Origin: Alphaproteobacteria bacterium
GTDB taxonomy: Bacteria > Pseudomonadota > Alphaproteobacteria > Bin95
Reading direction: 5' to 3'
Assembly: GCA_963665325.3 (NCBI GenBank)
Contig: CAXXWS020000003.1
Span: 896,001 to 960,000 of the forward strand
Length of the DNA: 64,000 bases
Part shown: positions 36,616 through 46,113 of the stretch, in pieces
How the letters are laid out: every line of letters begins with the position of its first letter
Numbering within the stretch: position 1 is the first letter of the stretch
Notes under the pieces: model-generated
The model's database searches: none
Told to the model about the DNA's origin: nothing
The model's input: the letters and a program-made list of their open reading frames with translations, nothing else
Program-made: the position numbers and the translations under genes

Positions 36616-38087
36616 GGCGCATCTCCCCGATCTTCGTCCTCGCCCGGACCGGGCGTCTTGTCATGGGGCAGCCAGGCCGGCGGCAGGCCGGTTGCGGCCT
36701 GGGCGTCGAGCATGCCCTTGAGCAGCGGCGGAAGTTCCCCCGTCCCCGCGCCGCCATTGCCATCGTTGCCGCCGGGGCCGGCGGGACGGCGCACGCCATC
36801 GGCGTTGCCGCGCTTGTCGAGGGGGTACAGCGTGCACAGGCGCTCGCCGCCTCGACCGTCGATCAGATCGACGCTGGCGAGGTTCCAGCGCGCGTAACGG
36901 ATCCAGGCCTCGCGCAGGTGGCGCCACGGCTGTGGCACCTGGTAGCGGATGCCCTCGACCGAGACGGTGCCGTCCGAGCGCCTGAGCGTGCGCTTCCTGG
37001 TGATGCGGAAGGCCGCCTTGAGCTCGGCCGAGCCGGGGCAGGATCTCGACGCGTCGACGCTCCCGGCCAGGCGTTGATGCGGCGTCATGCCGAGCTCGCG
37101 GTGCTTGCGGCGGTGATAGTCCTGCTCCAGCCAGGCGATGGTGGCGTCGTTGAGCATCTTCAAGGTAAGCGCGTCGACGCCTTCGAGCTGAGCCATCAGG
37201 CGCGATTCGACCGTGCCCCAGAACGACTCGATCTTGCCGTTCTGATGGGGGCTGTAAGCGAGCGTCGTGACCCCCGCGATGCCGAGCCGGTGCAACCCCT
37301 CCTCGACCTCGCCCGCGGTCATCGCCGCGCCGTTGTCGGTCAGCAGGGACCTCGGCAGACCGCGCTTCATGAAGGCCTGGCAAAGGCCGTGGACGAACAC
37401 CTCGGCGGTCTCGGCGAGGTACCACTGAAGGTGGCAGCCGAGGCGCGAGTGGTCGTCGAGGAAGCCGAGCAGGATCGGCGTCTTCCACTCGCCCGAGGCG
37501 GTCAGCACGCGACGCTTGGCGCTGTGCATGTCGGCGTGCCACAGGGCGTGAGAGCGCGAGACCTCGTAGCTCAATACCTCGCGGGCTTCGACCGCCGGCC
37601 TGGCCTCGCTCTCATGCCACTTGCGCCGGCGCTTGCGTACCAGCCCGCGAGCCCGCATCGCCCGGGTCAGCGTCGCGTAGGACGGTATCGGGCCGAGCTC
37701 GGGATCGGCCTCGACCCGCGCGGCCAGATTCTCGTGATGAAGCTGCGCCGACCACGACGGATGCGCCCGGTACTGCTCGTGCAGCGCCTCGATCAGCGTC
37801 GGCGACATCGCGCGCGGGCGCCCGGCATCGGCGCGCGGGCGCCGCTTGAGCGCCCCCACCGGATCGTTGTCCGCCGCCCGCGCCTGGTAGTACCAGCGCT
37901 CGATCGTGGACACCGCGAAGCGCACCCGGCCCTTGCCGGACGGGTGATCCCACTCGCGTTCGGCAAGCCGCTCAAGCTCGGCGTGCAGCCGCCCCGCCGG
38001 CGGCGGCGAGGCCAGAAGCGGCCCGACCACCGCGAAGCGCAACCGCGCCCACCGGTCGCGACGCTCGCTCCCGTCGTTGCTGTTCAT
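36612..38087 (-). CDS. DDE (rve integrase-core) transposase with Mu-like C-terminal domain
   Basis: HTH STIERWYY; LWHAD, LDDHSR, LLTDNG, NGKIESFW; DGTVSVEGIRYQVP. Confidence 0.9.
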   Translation of the reverse strand: MNSNDGSERRDRWARLRFAVVGPLLASPPPAGRLHAELERLAEREWDHPSGKGRVRFAVSTIERWYYQARAADNDPVGALKRRPRADAGRPRAMSPTLIEALHEQYRAHPSWSAQLHHENLAARVEADPELGPIPSYATLTRAMRARGLVRKRRRKWHESEARPAVEAREVLSYEVSRSHALWHADMHSAKRRVLTASGEWKTPILLGFLDDHSRLGCHLQWYLAETAEVFVHGLCQAFMKRGLPRSLLTDNGAAMTAGEVEEGLHRLGIAGVTTLAYSPHQNGKIESFWGTVESRLMAQLEGVDALTLKMLNDATIAWLEQDYHRRKHRELGMTPHQRLAGSVDASRSCPGSAELKAAFRITRKRTLRRSDGTVSVEGIRYQVPQPWRHLREAWIRYARWNLASVDLIDGRGGERLCTLYPLDKRGNADGVRRPAGPGGNDGNGGAGTGELPPLLKGMLDAQAATGLPPAWLPHDKTPGPGEDEDRGDAP

Positions 38088-38135
38088 TCCGGCATCCCCC
38101 TCGCTGCTTCGTGGAGGTGCCGATGATGCGGTGCC

Positions 38136-38750
38136 CTATCCGTGCATCATAGAAACGCTTTCTGCGGGCGAAGCCGGACCTGCGCCGAGCGCGCAAAAGC
38201 CGGTCCACGGCATCAGCCAGACCAGGCTCCGCAGCAGCCGCGAGCGGAAGCCACGGCCCCGCATGATGCGCAGCAGCCGGCGCAGCGGCGCCTCTTCGGG
38301 CGGCGCCGCCAGCTCGCCCCGTCTCGCCTGCCACTCCCGGGTCAGCGGGAAGGCTTCCAGCCACCAGCGCCGCCAGCGCTTCAGCGTCGAGGCCGGAACC
38401 CCGCACCGCCGCGCGATCGTCTGCAACCGCGCGCCGCCGGCCACAGCCAGCGCACTCACCACAAGGAACAGCGCCCCGACGTAAAAGCGCCTGCCGAAGA
38501 AACGCACCGACGGCGGCTTCACGCGGCGTCGGCACACCGAACAGCACAGGCTGAAGCGCCGAACGTCGTTCCGAAGATTCGCCGCCAGACCGTGCGGCTT
38601 GCGCGGGTAGCTCGCGCTGTGAAGCGCGCCGCCGCAGCGCGGGCAACCCGCCGCCCGGCACGCCTCCGCCTCGGCCGCGTCGACCTGCTTCAGAAAATCC
38701 CAAACCCGGGCGTTGGAGAGATTGGAGTGCCGGAACAGCTTGTGCGACAT
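38136..38750 (-). CDS. Zinc-ribbon/HTH accessory protein (DUF6431-like)
   Basis: CPRCGG...CCSVCRRR and GVPASTLKRWRRWW; directly upstream of the transposase. Confidence 0.65.
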   Translation of the reverse strand: MSHKLFRHSNLSNARVWDFLKQVDAAEAEACRAAGCPRCGGALHSASYPRKPHGLAANLRNDVRRFSLCCSVCRRRVKPPSVRFFGRRFYVGALFLVVSALAVAGGARLQTIARRCGVPASTLKRWRRWWLEAFPLTREWQARRGELAAPPEEAPLRRLLRIMRGRGFRSRLLRSLVWLMPWTGFCALGAGPASPAESVSMMHG

Positions 38751-38845
38751 TGGGGCCGTCTCAGGTTGATGTCACTGTCACCGAGACAAGCCCTCCGGCG
38801 GCCTTCTTGCAAGATCGCCGGGGGGCACCCAATCCAAAACCTCGA

Positions 38846-39136
38846 TTAATCCGAGCCGATCAGCCCCTGATCGCCGCTGAAAGCCTGCGCCCGCTCACCG
38901 TCGCGGACGCTCCGCCCGAGCGCGAGCGCCAGAGAGGACAGGAAGGCCCGGACGAGCGCCGCCAGCCAGGCCGCGGCGACGGTCTCCAGGTCGAGGCCGA
39001 GCGCCGGCGCAACGGGGGTGCAGAGCGCCGCAAGGGCGATGCCGCTGAGCACGATGGCGCGTTCGCTCCCTGTGGGCGGGCGCGATCCCGGGGCGGTGTC
39101 CGGCTCCCGGTCCGGCGCGGTCGATCTGCGGGTCAT
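38846..39136 (-). CDS. Small membrane protein, probably 3'-truncated
   Basis: Two hydrophobic segments; tail GDQGLIGSD runs into the presumed transposon end. Confidence 0.4.
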   Translation of the reverse strand: MTRRSTAPDREPDTAPGSRPPTGSERAIVLSGIALAALCTPVAPALGLDLETVAAAWLAALVRAFLSSLALALGRSVRDGERAQAFSGDQGLIGSD

Positions 39137-39258
39137 GGTAACGGTCTCCCATTCTACGGGGCGGAGCGTCTTCCTCCGCCCCGGCCATCCTCGTCCCGCC
39201 CCGGGCCGGTCTCCGCCTCCTGGCGGCGATTCACCCACGCTGAGCCAGGGAGACCGTA

Positions 39259-41352
39259 ATGCGCGGCATCGGCGGCAGCACGCTGCGGGGCGGCCAGACC
39301 GTCTTCCACGGCATCCGCATGTGGGGCCAGCTGTTCCAGGCCGCCCTGCTGTTCGCCGCCTTCATGACCGTCGCGGTGCCGGCCTGGAACCTCTGGCGCT
39401 CGACCTCAGGCGCGGAATGGTATGCCGCGGGCATGGTGACACTGGCCGAGACCAAGCTCGCGCTCGGCTACGAGCGGGACTCGGGCCAGGAAATCCGCTT
39501 TCCCGACGGCACCCGCCGGGTACTCGCCATCCGCGACATCGCCGTCTCGGTGCCGGCTCTCGAGGCGCGCGAGAAGCTCCTGGACGAACTACTGGCCAGC
39601 GCCTGGCTGGGCCTCAAGACGGGCGGCGGGCTGATCGCGGTCTTTCTCGTGGCGTTCTGGTACCGCGGCGCGCGGCTCGGGCGCCAGCGCCGCCTGCGGG
39701 GCGCCGAGCTGGTGAGCGCGGCCGAGCTGCGCCGCCGGGTGCGCCCGGCGCACCTGCGCCTGCTCGACCGCGCGCCCGGCTCAGGCAGCGTGCGGCCCTG
39801 GCGCATCGCCGGCATCCCGTATCCCGAGAGGACCGAGACCCAGCACACGATCGTCTCGGGCACCACCGGCTCGGGCAAGACGGTGCTGATCTCGGACCTG
39901 GTGGCCCAGATCCGCGCCCGCGGCGAGCGCTGCGTGATCTACGACAAGATGGGCTCCTACACCGCGGCCTTCTTCGATCCCGCCCGCGACGTGCTGATGA
40001 ACCCGCTCGATGCCCGGGCGCCCTGCTGGTCGCCCTTCCTCGAAGCCAGGAACCCCCGCGACTTCGACATGATGGCCGCCGCGCTGATCCCGCAGCAGAA
40101 GGACACCGTGGACCCCTTCTGGGTGACGGCGGCACGCCAGCTCTTCGCCAACGGCGCGGGCGTGCTGCGCGAGAAGGGCGTCACGCAGAACCGGGTGCTG
40201 GTCGACCACCTGCTGAAGACCGACCTCACCGCGCTCGCCCAGGCGATGGAGGGCACGGTCGCGCAGTCGATCGTCGATCCCGAGAACCCCAAGACCGCGC
40301 TCTCGGTGCGCGCCATGCTGACCGCCAATCTCGCCGCCTTCGAGTTCCTGCCCGACGAGGGCACGCCCTTCTCGATCCGGGAGTGGATCTCCCGGGAGCG
40401 GCAGGACGGATTCCTGTTCCTGACCTCGCGCGGCGACCAGCATGCCAGTCTCAGGGGGCTGATCTCGACCTGGCTGGAAATCGCGGTCAACGCCATGCTG
40501 TCGCTCGCCCAGGACGATGGCAGGCGCATCTGGGTGATCCTCGACGAGCTGCCGACCTTGCACCAGGTGCCCTCGCTCCAGCCCGGCCTCGCCGAGTCCC
40601 GCCAGTTCGGCGGCTGCTTCGTGCTCGGGGTCCAGGTCGCCTCGGCGCTGCGCGACCTCTACGGCAGGAACGGCGCGGAGACCATCTCGGGCTTGTGCGG
40701 CACGCGGGTGGTGCTGGCCGCCCCGGACCGGGATACCGCGCAGTGGTCCGCCGACAGCCTGGGCCGCAGCGAGGTCGAGGAGATCGCCGAGGGCTACTCC
40801 TACGGCGCCAACACCATCCGCGACGGCGTCTCGCTCACCCCGCGGCGCGAGCTGCGCGCGCTGGCCCTGCCGTCGGAGATCATGCGGCTTGAGAACCTGG
40901 AGGGCTATCTCAAGTTCCCCGGCCCCTTCCCGGTCGCCTCGATCCGGCTCCGGTATGTGAAACGCCCCGCCGCCGCCGAGCGCTTCGTGCCGCGCGAGGA
41001 GGGCGCGGAGCTGTCCGCACGGCCGGAAGACGCGGCCGCTGCCGGGGACGCGCCCGTCGAAGTGCTTGCGGAAGACGGGGAATCGGGGACTCCGGAGTCC
41101 GCGTTCCGGCGGGGCGAGCCGAACCTGCCGCCGCTTCCGGAAGAGACGGACATCGCACCGTCCCGCCGCAATGGCGTTGCGGATGCGGCTGCCGGCGACG
41201 GGACCGGCCCCGGCAAGGCCGGCAACCGGCCGGACGCGCCGGCGCCGGCGGCCGGGGCGCGAGGCGACGGGGAGCCCGATGCCGGCCCCGGACCGGCGGC
41301 GAAGCCCTCCGCCGGCACGGAGGAGCCCGCCGCGCGCCCCGACTGGGTCTGA
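39259..41352 (+). CDS. traD: Type IV coupling protein (TraD/TrwB-like)
   Basis: Two N-terminal TMs, RLRGAEL, HTIVSGTTGSGKT, IYDKMG, NPLDAR, ILDELPTL, ESRQFGG. Confidence 0.9.
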   Translation: MRGIGGSTLRGGQTVFHGIRMWGQLFQAALLFAAFMTVAVPAWNLWRSTSGAEWYAAGMVTLAETKLALGYERDSGQEIRFPDGTRRVLAIRDIAVSVPALEAREKLLDELLASAWLGLKTGGGLIAVFLVAFWYRGARLGRQRRLRGAELVSAAELRRRVRPAHLRLLDRAPGSGSVRPWRIAGIPYPERTETQHTIVSGTTGSGKTVLISDLVAQIRARGERCVIYDKMGSYTAAFFDPARDVLMNPLDARAPCWSPFLEARNPRDFDMMAAALIPQQKDTVDPFWVTAARQLFANGAGVLREKGVTQNRVLVDHLLKTDLTALAQAMEGTVAQSIVDPENPKTALSVRAMLTANLAAFEFLPDEGTPFSIREWISRERQDGFLFLTSRGDQHASLRGLISTWLEIAVNAMLSLAQDDGRRIWVILDELPTLHQVPSLQPGLAESRQFGGCFVLGVQVASALRDLYGRNGAETISGLCGTRVVLAAPDRDTAQWSADSLGRSEVEEIAEGYSYGANTIRDGVSLTPRRELRALALPSEIMRLENLEGYLKFPGPFPVASIRLRYVKRPAAAERFVPREEGAELSARPEDAAAAGDAPVEVLAEDGESGTPESAFRRGEPNLPPLPEETDIAPSRRNGVADAAAGDGTGPGKAGNRPDAPAPAAGARGDGEPDAGPGPAAKPSAGTEEPAARPDWV

Positions 41353-41353
41353 C

Positions 41354-44344
41354 ATGCTGTCGATCGGCGCGCTCGCCTCGGCGTCGCAGGGCGCGTCCTA
41401 TTACGAACGCGACGGCTACTACTCGAAGGACGATCCGGAGCACCGCGCCGCCAGCGCCTGGGCGGGCAAGGGGGCCGAAGCGCTCGGCCTGAAGGGGCCG
41501 GTCGATCCCGACACCTTCCGCGCCGTGCTCGAGGGCCGGGTGCCCGACGGTTCCGGACGGCAGCTCGGCCGGCGCGGGAGGGACGGGGAGATCCTCCACC
41601 GTCCCGGCCGCGACCTGACCTTCAGCGCCCCCAAGTCCGTCTCCCTCGCGGCGCTGGCCGGCGGCGACGAACGCATCGTGGACGCGCATGACCGCGCCGT
41701 CGCGGCCACCCTCGCCTGGGTCGAGGGGAACGCCGCCGAGACCCGCATGAAGGATGCCGACACGGGCAAGATGGCGCGGGTCGGCAACCAGAAGATCGTC
41801 GCCGCCCGCTTCAGGCACGATACGTCCCGCAACCTCGATCCCCAGCTCCACACCCATGCCGTCCTCGCCAACATGGTGCAGGCGGAAGACGGCAAGTGGC
41901 GCAGCATGGCCAACGAGCGGCTCTACGGATCGAAGATGCTGCTCGGCGCGCTCTACCGCGGCGAGCTGGCCGCCTCGCTGGCGCGGCTCGGCTACGGGGT
42001 AGAGAAGACCCATGCCGACGGGCGCTTCGAGATCGCGGGCGTGCCGCGCGGGGTCGTCGAGGCCTTCTCGACGCGGCGCGCCGAGATCGAGGCGGCGATG
42101 AGCGAACGCGGGCTCGGCGGCTCCGCCGGCAATCCGCGCCTTGCCGAGCGTGCCGCGCTGATGACCCGGGCGGGCAAGCGCGACATCGACCGCGGGGAGC
42201 TGCGGGACGTGTGGGCGAAACAGGCCGCGGATCTCGGCTTCGACGCGCAGGCGCTGGTGGCCGGCGCCCTCGCCCGCTCCGCCTCGGCGCAGCGCGAGGC
42301 CCCGGAGGCGGGCAGGGAGCGGGACCCGGCGGGTCCGGCGCCGGGCGAGGCCCGCACGGCGCCGGCGGCAGACACAGCGCAGCGCGAGGCGGCGGCGCAA
42401 GGGCCGTGTGCGGCGTCGCGGGCCGTCGCCTGGGCGCTGGCGCATCTCTCGGAGCGCGAGGCGGTGTTCGCGCGCACCGACCTGCTCGCCGCCGCGCTCG
42501 CCCATGCGCCCGGCAAGTCGACGATCGGCGAGGTCGAGCGCGAGGTGGCCGCCCTGGAGAAGGCCGGCGCGCTGCACGCCGTCGACATCCCCGGCGCGGA
42601 GGAGTCGCTGGCGACCGCGAAGACCGTCGCCGAGGAGCGCGAGACGATCGCGTCGATGCGGGCGGGCGCGGGCCGGGGACAGGCCGCGATGCGGAGCTGG
42701 ATGGTCCAGGGGCACCTCAACAAGGGACCGCTCACGGCCGGCCAGAAGGAGGCCGTGAAGCTGATCCTGTCGGCGAAGGACCGCACGGTCGGCGTCCAGG
42801 GCTATGCCGGCACCGGCAAGACCACGATGCTGAACCGCGCGCGGGTGCTGGCGGCGAAGAAGGGATACCGCATGGCGGGCCTCGCGCCCTCGGCCTCGGC
42901 GGTGCGGACGCTCGCCGCGGAAGCCGGCATCGAGTCCGAGACCCTGCAGCGCTTCCTCGCCCGCAACGCGGGCGTCGCCGAGGGCCGTCTCACGAGGAAG
43001 GGCGCGAGGGAGATGCGCGCCGCGTTCGCGAAGACGATCCTGGTGGTCGACGAGGGCTCGCTTGCCTCCACCGTGCAGGCCCGCGACCTCTTGAGGATCG
43101 CCAACGCGCTGCGCATCCCCCGCGTGGTGCTGGTCGGCGACGCGAAGCAGCTCGACGCCGTCGATGCCGGCAAGCCCTTCGCCCAGCTCCAGGCCGCCGG
43201 TATGCGGACCGCGGTGATGGACGAGATCATGCGCCAGCGCGATCCCGACCTGAAGGAAGCCGTCGAGGCGAGCCTGAAAGGCGATGTCGAGAAGGCGTTC
43301 GAGAAGCTCGGAAGCAATGTCGCCGAGGTGAAGCCCGACAATATCGCGGGCGCGGTGGCCGCGCGGTGGCTCAGGCTCTCGCCGGAGCAACGCGAGAATA
43401 CCGGCGTCATGGCGCCGTCGCACGAGCTCAGGCAGGCGGTCAATGGGCATATCCGGGAGCGCCTCGCCCGCGAGGGGCGCATCCGCGGGCCCTCGATGCA
43501 GGGCGAACGCCTGGTGTCGAAGGGCTACACCGGTGCCGAGAAAGCGCTCGCGGACAATTACAGTCCCGGAGACATGGTCGCGTTCCACCGCCCCTACAGG
43601 CGGATCGGCGTCGAAAAGGGTGACGAGCGGCGCGTCGCGGGGGTCGACCGCAAGGCCCGCGCGGTGCTGCTCGACGACGGCAGGGGCGGGACGGCCGCCT
43701 GGAAACCCGGAGAGATCGGCGGGCGCCGGGGCGGCAGCGAGGTCTACCGCGTCGAGGAAATCGAGCTCCGGGCGGGCGACCGCATCCGCTGGACCCGCAA
43801 CGATGCCGGCCTCGGGCTGGTCAACAGCCGCACCGCCGAGGTGGTCGCGATGAAGGACGGCCGGGTGACCTTCCGCCTGGAGGACGGGAAGACGCTGGAA
43901 CTCGGGTCGAACGATCCGCAGCTGCGCCATCTCGACCATGCCTGGGCGTCGACCGTGCACGCCTTCCAGGGGCGCACGGTCGACAATGTCATCGCCGCCA
44001 TGGAGGCAAGGCACAAGCATCTGACGACGCAGAAGAGCTTCTATGTCGAGATATCCCGCGCCCGCGACCGGGCCGAGCTGGTCACCGACGACGCGGCCGA
44101 ACTCAGGGCGCAGCTCCAGGCGGTCACCGGCGAGCGCATCGCGGCGCTCGAAGGGATCGGCGAGGCGGCGCGCGAGGCGAAGGAAAGGGCCGCCGGGGCC
44201 GCGCCGGCGGGCCGGATGCAGCCGGATCGGGGAGCCGGACCGGATGCCGGGAAGACACCGGACGGGCCGGCCTCGCCCTCGAAGGAGAGGGAGACGCCCG
44301 CGCCGTCGCGCGGCCGGGGCGCCGAGAGGGACCTCGGACTGTAG
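41354..44344 (+). CDS. trwC: MOBF relaxase-helicase (TrwC/TraI-like)
   Basis: MLSI start, YYERDGYY, DLTFSAPKSVS, HDTSRNLDPQLHTH, FSTRRAEI, QGYAGTGKTT, TVHAFQGRT. Confidence 0.93.
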   Translation: MLSIGALASASQGASYYERDGYYSKDDPEHRAASAWAGKGAEALGLKGPVDPDTFRAVLEGRVPDGSGRQLGRRGRDGEILHRPGRDLTFSAPKSVSLAALAGGDERIVDAHDRAVAATLAWVEGNAAETRMKDADTGKMARVGNQKIVAARFRHDTSRNLDPQLHTHAVLANMVQAEDGKWRSMANERLYGSKMLLGALYRGELAASLARLGYGVEKTHADGRFEIAGVPRGVVEAFSTRRAEIEAAMSERGLGGSAGNPRLAERAALMTRAGKRDIDRGELRDVWAKQAADLGFDAQALVAGALARSASAQREAPEAGRERDPAGPAPGEARTAPAADTAQREAAAQGPCAASRAVAWALAHLSEREAVFARTDLLAAALAHAPGKSTIGEVEREVAALEKAGALHAVDIPGAEESLATAKTVAEERETIASMRAGAGRGQAAMRSWMVQGHLNKGPLTAGQKEAVKLILSAKDRTVGVQGYAGTGKTTMLNRARVLAAKKGYRMAGLAPSASAVRTLAAEAGIESETLQRFLARNAGVAEGRLTRKGAREMRAAFAKTILVVDEGSLASTVQARDLLRIANALRIPRVVLVGDAKQLDAVDAGKPFAQLQAAGMRTAVMDEIMRQRDPDLKEAVEASLKGDVEKAFEKLGSNVAEVKPDNIAGAVAARWLRLSPEQRENTGVMAPSHELRQAVNGHIRERLAREGRIRGPSMQGERLVSKGYTGAEKALADNYSPGDMVAFHRPYRRIGVEKGDERRVAGVDRKARAVLLDDGRGGTAAWKPGEIGGRRGGSEVYRVEEIELRAGDRIRWTRNDAGLGLVNSRTAEVVAMKDGRVTFRLEDGKTLELGSNDPQLRHLDHAWASTVHAFQGRTVDNVIAAMEARHKHLTTQKSFYVEISRARDRAELVTDDAAELRAQLQAVTGERIAALEGIGEAAREAKERAAGAAPAGRMQPDRGAGPDAGKTPDGPASPSKERETPAPSRGRGAERDLGL

Positions 44345-44425
44345 CGGTCCGGTGCGCAGGACTCGTGCGCGAGGGCAGGGAAGACGCCGCTCCCGGCCTG
44401 AAACCGCCCGTTCAGGAGGCATGGA

Positions 44426-44794
44426 ATGGACAGCAAGCGACCCGATACGGCGCCGGACGAGGCCGGCAGGACGGCGAAGCGCACGCCGCGCACGATCAGG
44501 TTCCTCGACCCCGAGTGGCGGCGCATCGAGGCCTTCGCGGACCGTCGCGGCCTGACCGGGCCCGAGTTCGTGCGTTTCGCCGCGCTCGCGGCGATGGAGG
44601 AGGCGCCTGCGGCGCCCGGTTCGTGCGACCGGCTGGCCCCGCTGATCGAGCGGACCTTCCGCTACGCCCATGTGCTCGCGAGCGCCATGCGCGGCAGGAT
44701 GCTCGACGGGGGCCGCGAGAAGGAGCTCGAAGAGCTGGTCGCCGCCGCCCGCGCGTTGCAGGATGAACTGCTGGGCGACGGCCAAGCCGAGTGA
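44426..44794 (+). CDS. Ribbon-helix-helix relaxosome accessory-like protein
   Basis: RBS AGGAGG; KRTPRTIRFLDPEWRRIEAFADRRGLT..EFVR RHH pattern; adjacent to candidate oriT. Confidence 0.6.
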   Translation: MDSKRPDTAPDEAGRTAKRTPRTIRFLDPEWRRIEAFADRRGLTGPEFVRFAALAAMEEAPAAPGSCDRLAPLIERTFRYAHVLASAMRGRMLDGGREKELEELVAAARALQDELLGDGQAE

Positions 44795-44919
44795 ACGCGG
44801 CCGCGGCGCAGCCCCAGGTGGACTTCTCCATCCGGATCGGGGGCTCTCCCGGGCACATCGACGGCCCTGGCGAGGGCGACGGAATCCCCCCGGGACCGCC
44901 GATGCCGCGAAGACAGGGG

Positions 44920-45195
44920 CGGTTCCCCGGAGAACCGCGGCCCTATGGAGGCGATGCTCTGGAGCATCGCGGGCCGAAATCGGCGATGCTCCAGAGCATC
45001 GGGGCCGGTTCTCCAGAGAATCGCGCCACACAAACCTCAATGATATCAGCGCCTTGTCCGCGCATCTCCAGAGCATCGACTCGGTCCAACATGCACAGGA
45101 CGCCGCCAGGCGGTGTTTGGCGGCAAATGGCGGGCTCCGGCGGGGCAGGTGCACACCTGGCACGACAGCATCGTCGATGCGTCGGGTGTGAGAAC
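44920..45195 (+). other. Candidate oriT with MOBF-type nic between 45189 and 45190
   Basis: GCATC-GTC-GATGC hairpin followed by GTCGGGTGT^GA, resembling F (..TGCGTGGGGTGT^GG) and R388 geometry; upstream palindromes and an IHF-like site. Confidence 0.65.
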
Positions 45196-46113
45196 CGAGC
45201 CGCCTCCGGCGTCGAAAGCAGCACCGACAGGCGGCATTCATGATGGGGGAATCGTCGCCGGGGAACCCGGCGGAGAGGAGCCGCCACGGCGATTTGAGTG
45301 GCGGGCGATGCGGCCGGAGCCGCGGGCAGTCGTGCGCAGCACGCTGCCGGAGGCGAAGCCGGTGCTGTCCGCACCGGTGCGGACAGTCGTGCACGGCGCA
45401 GTGCGGAGGCCGGTGTCCGGCGAAGCCGGCATCGGCGACGCACGGAGTGCTGCGGCGACGAGCACGGCGCGCAGCGCCGGCGCGAGGATGACGAGGCCAG
45501 AGTTCGGCATCGTGTCCGGGAGGAATGCACGGCGCGGCGGGCTCTTTGCCAAGCGGAGCGCGGAGTGAGCGCGAGCGAACGGAGGCGACAGGGATTGCAG
45601 TGGAAATCGCCCGCAGGGCGATTGGAGCGGAAAGCCCGGCCGCGAAGCGGGTCGCCCGGAATCATCGCAGGCTCGCGCGCATGGGTACTCCTGGCCAGCA
45701 GCATCGGCGCGAGCACCATCCGCAACATCTGGATCATCGTCGTGATCGTCACCCGCACCATGATGGTCGCCTTCATCGCCGCCGTCACCGTGCTGCGGCG
45801 AGCATCGCCGTCGGTCGCACCGACAGCACGAACAGGGATGCCGATATGGACGACGGCATCGTGACCGACGCTACCGGAACGTTGATGGGAGGGACAACAC
45901 TGCGCGTACCGGTGCTGATGAATGGAACGCTGCTGATGTTGGTGCCGACGACAAGCGGCGGAGCCGCCGCGGAGCGTGCCGCGCGCAGCGCGGCGCGCGA
46001 CGCGAAGGCGAGCGCCGGTGGCGGCGGCGGGGTCCGAGCAAAACGAGAGAGCCGCGCCGCCCGCCCCGGTTTGCGGTCCGGGGGAGCGGCGCGGCCCGTG
46101 TTGGCGTTGCACG

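Larger units (their letters stand above)
34514..38875 (-). mobile_element. Putative DDE transposon: Zn/HTH protein - rve transposase - ExeA-like ATPase - AAA_25 helicase-like (boundaries approximate)
   Basis: Four co-oriented genes, the last three translationally coupled; apparently truncated genes on both flanks; no clear TIR or TSD. Confidence 0.65.

Noticed and set aside
34787-36799. 670-aa ORF as a single protein
   Set aside because: The N-terminal half overlaps the ExeA gene out of frame; the real start is the GTG at 35785
34518-38788. TGCTCTCGGT / ACCGAGACA as transposon TIRs
   Set aside because: Match too short, no TSD, and too close to the first ATG to be convincing
44940-45080. Palindromic repeats as a mini-CRISPR
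   Set aside because: Irregular short spacing, degenerate copies, no cas genes
40910-45394. 1494-aa minus-strand ORF and similar long antisense ORFs (e.g. 22475-24922, 6722-8557)
   Set aside because: Shadow frames of GC-rich real genes; Arg/Pro/Gly-rich with no motifs
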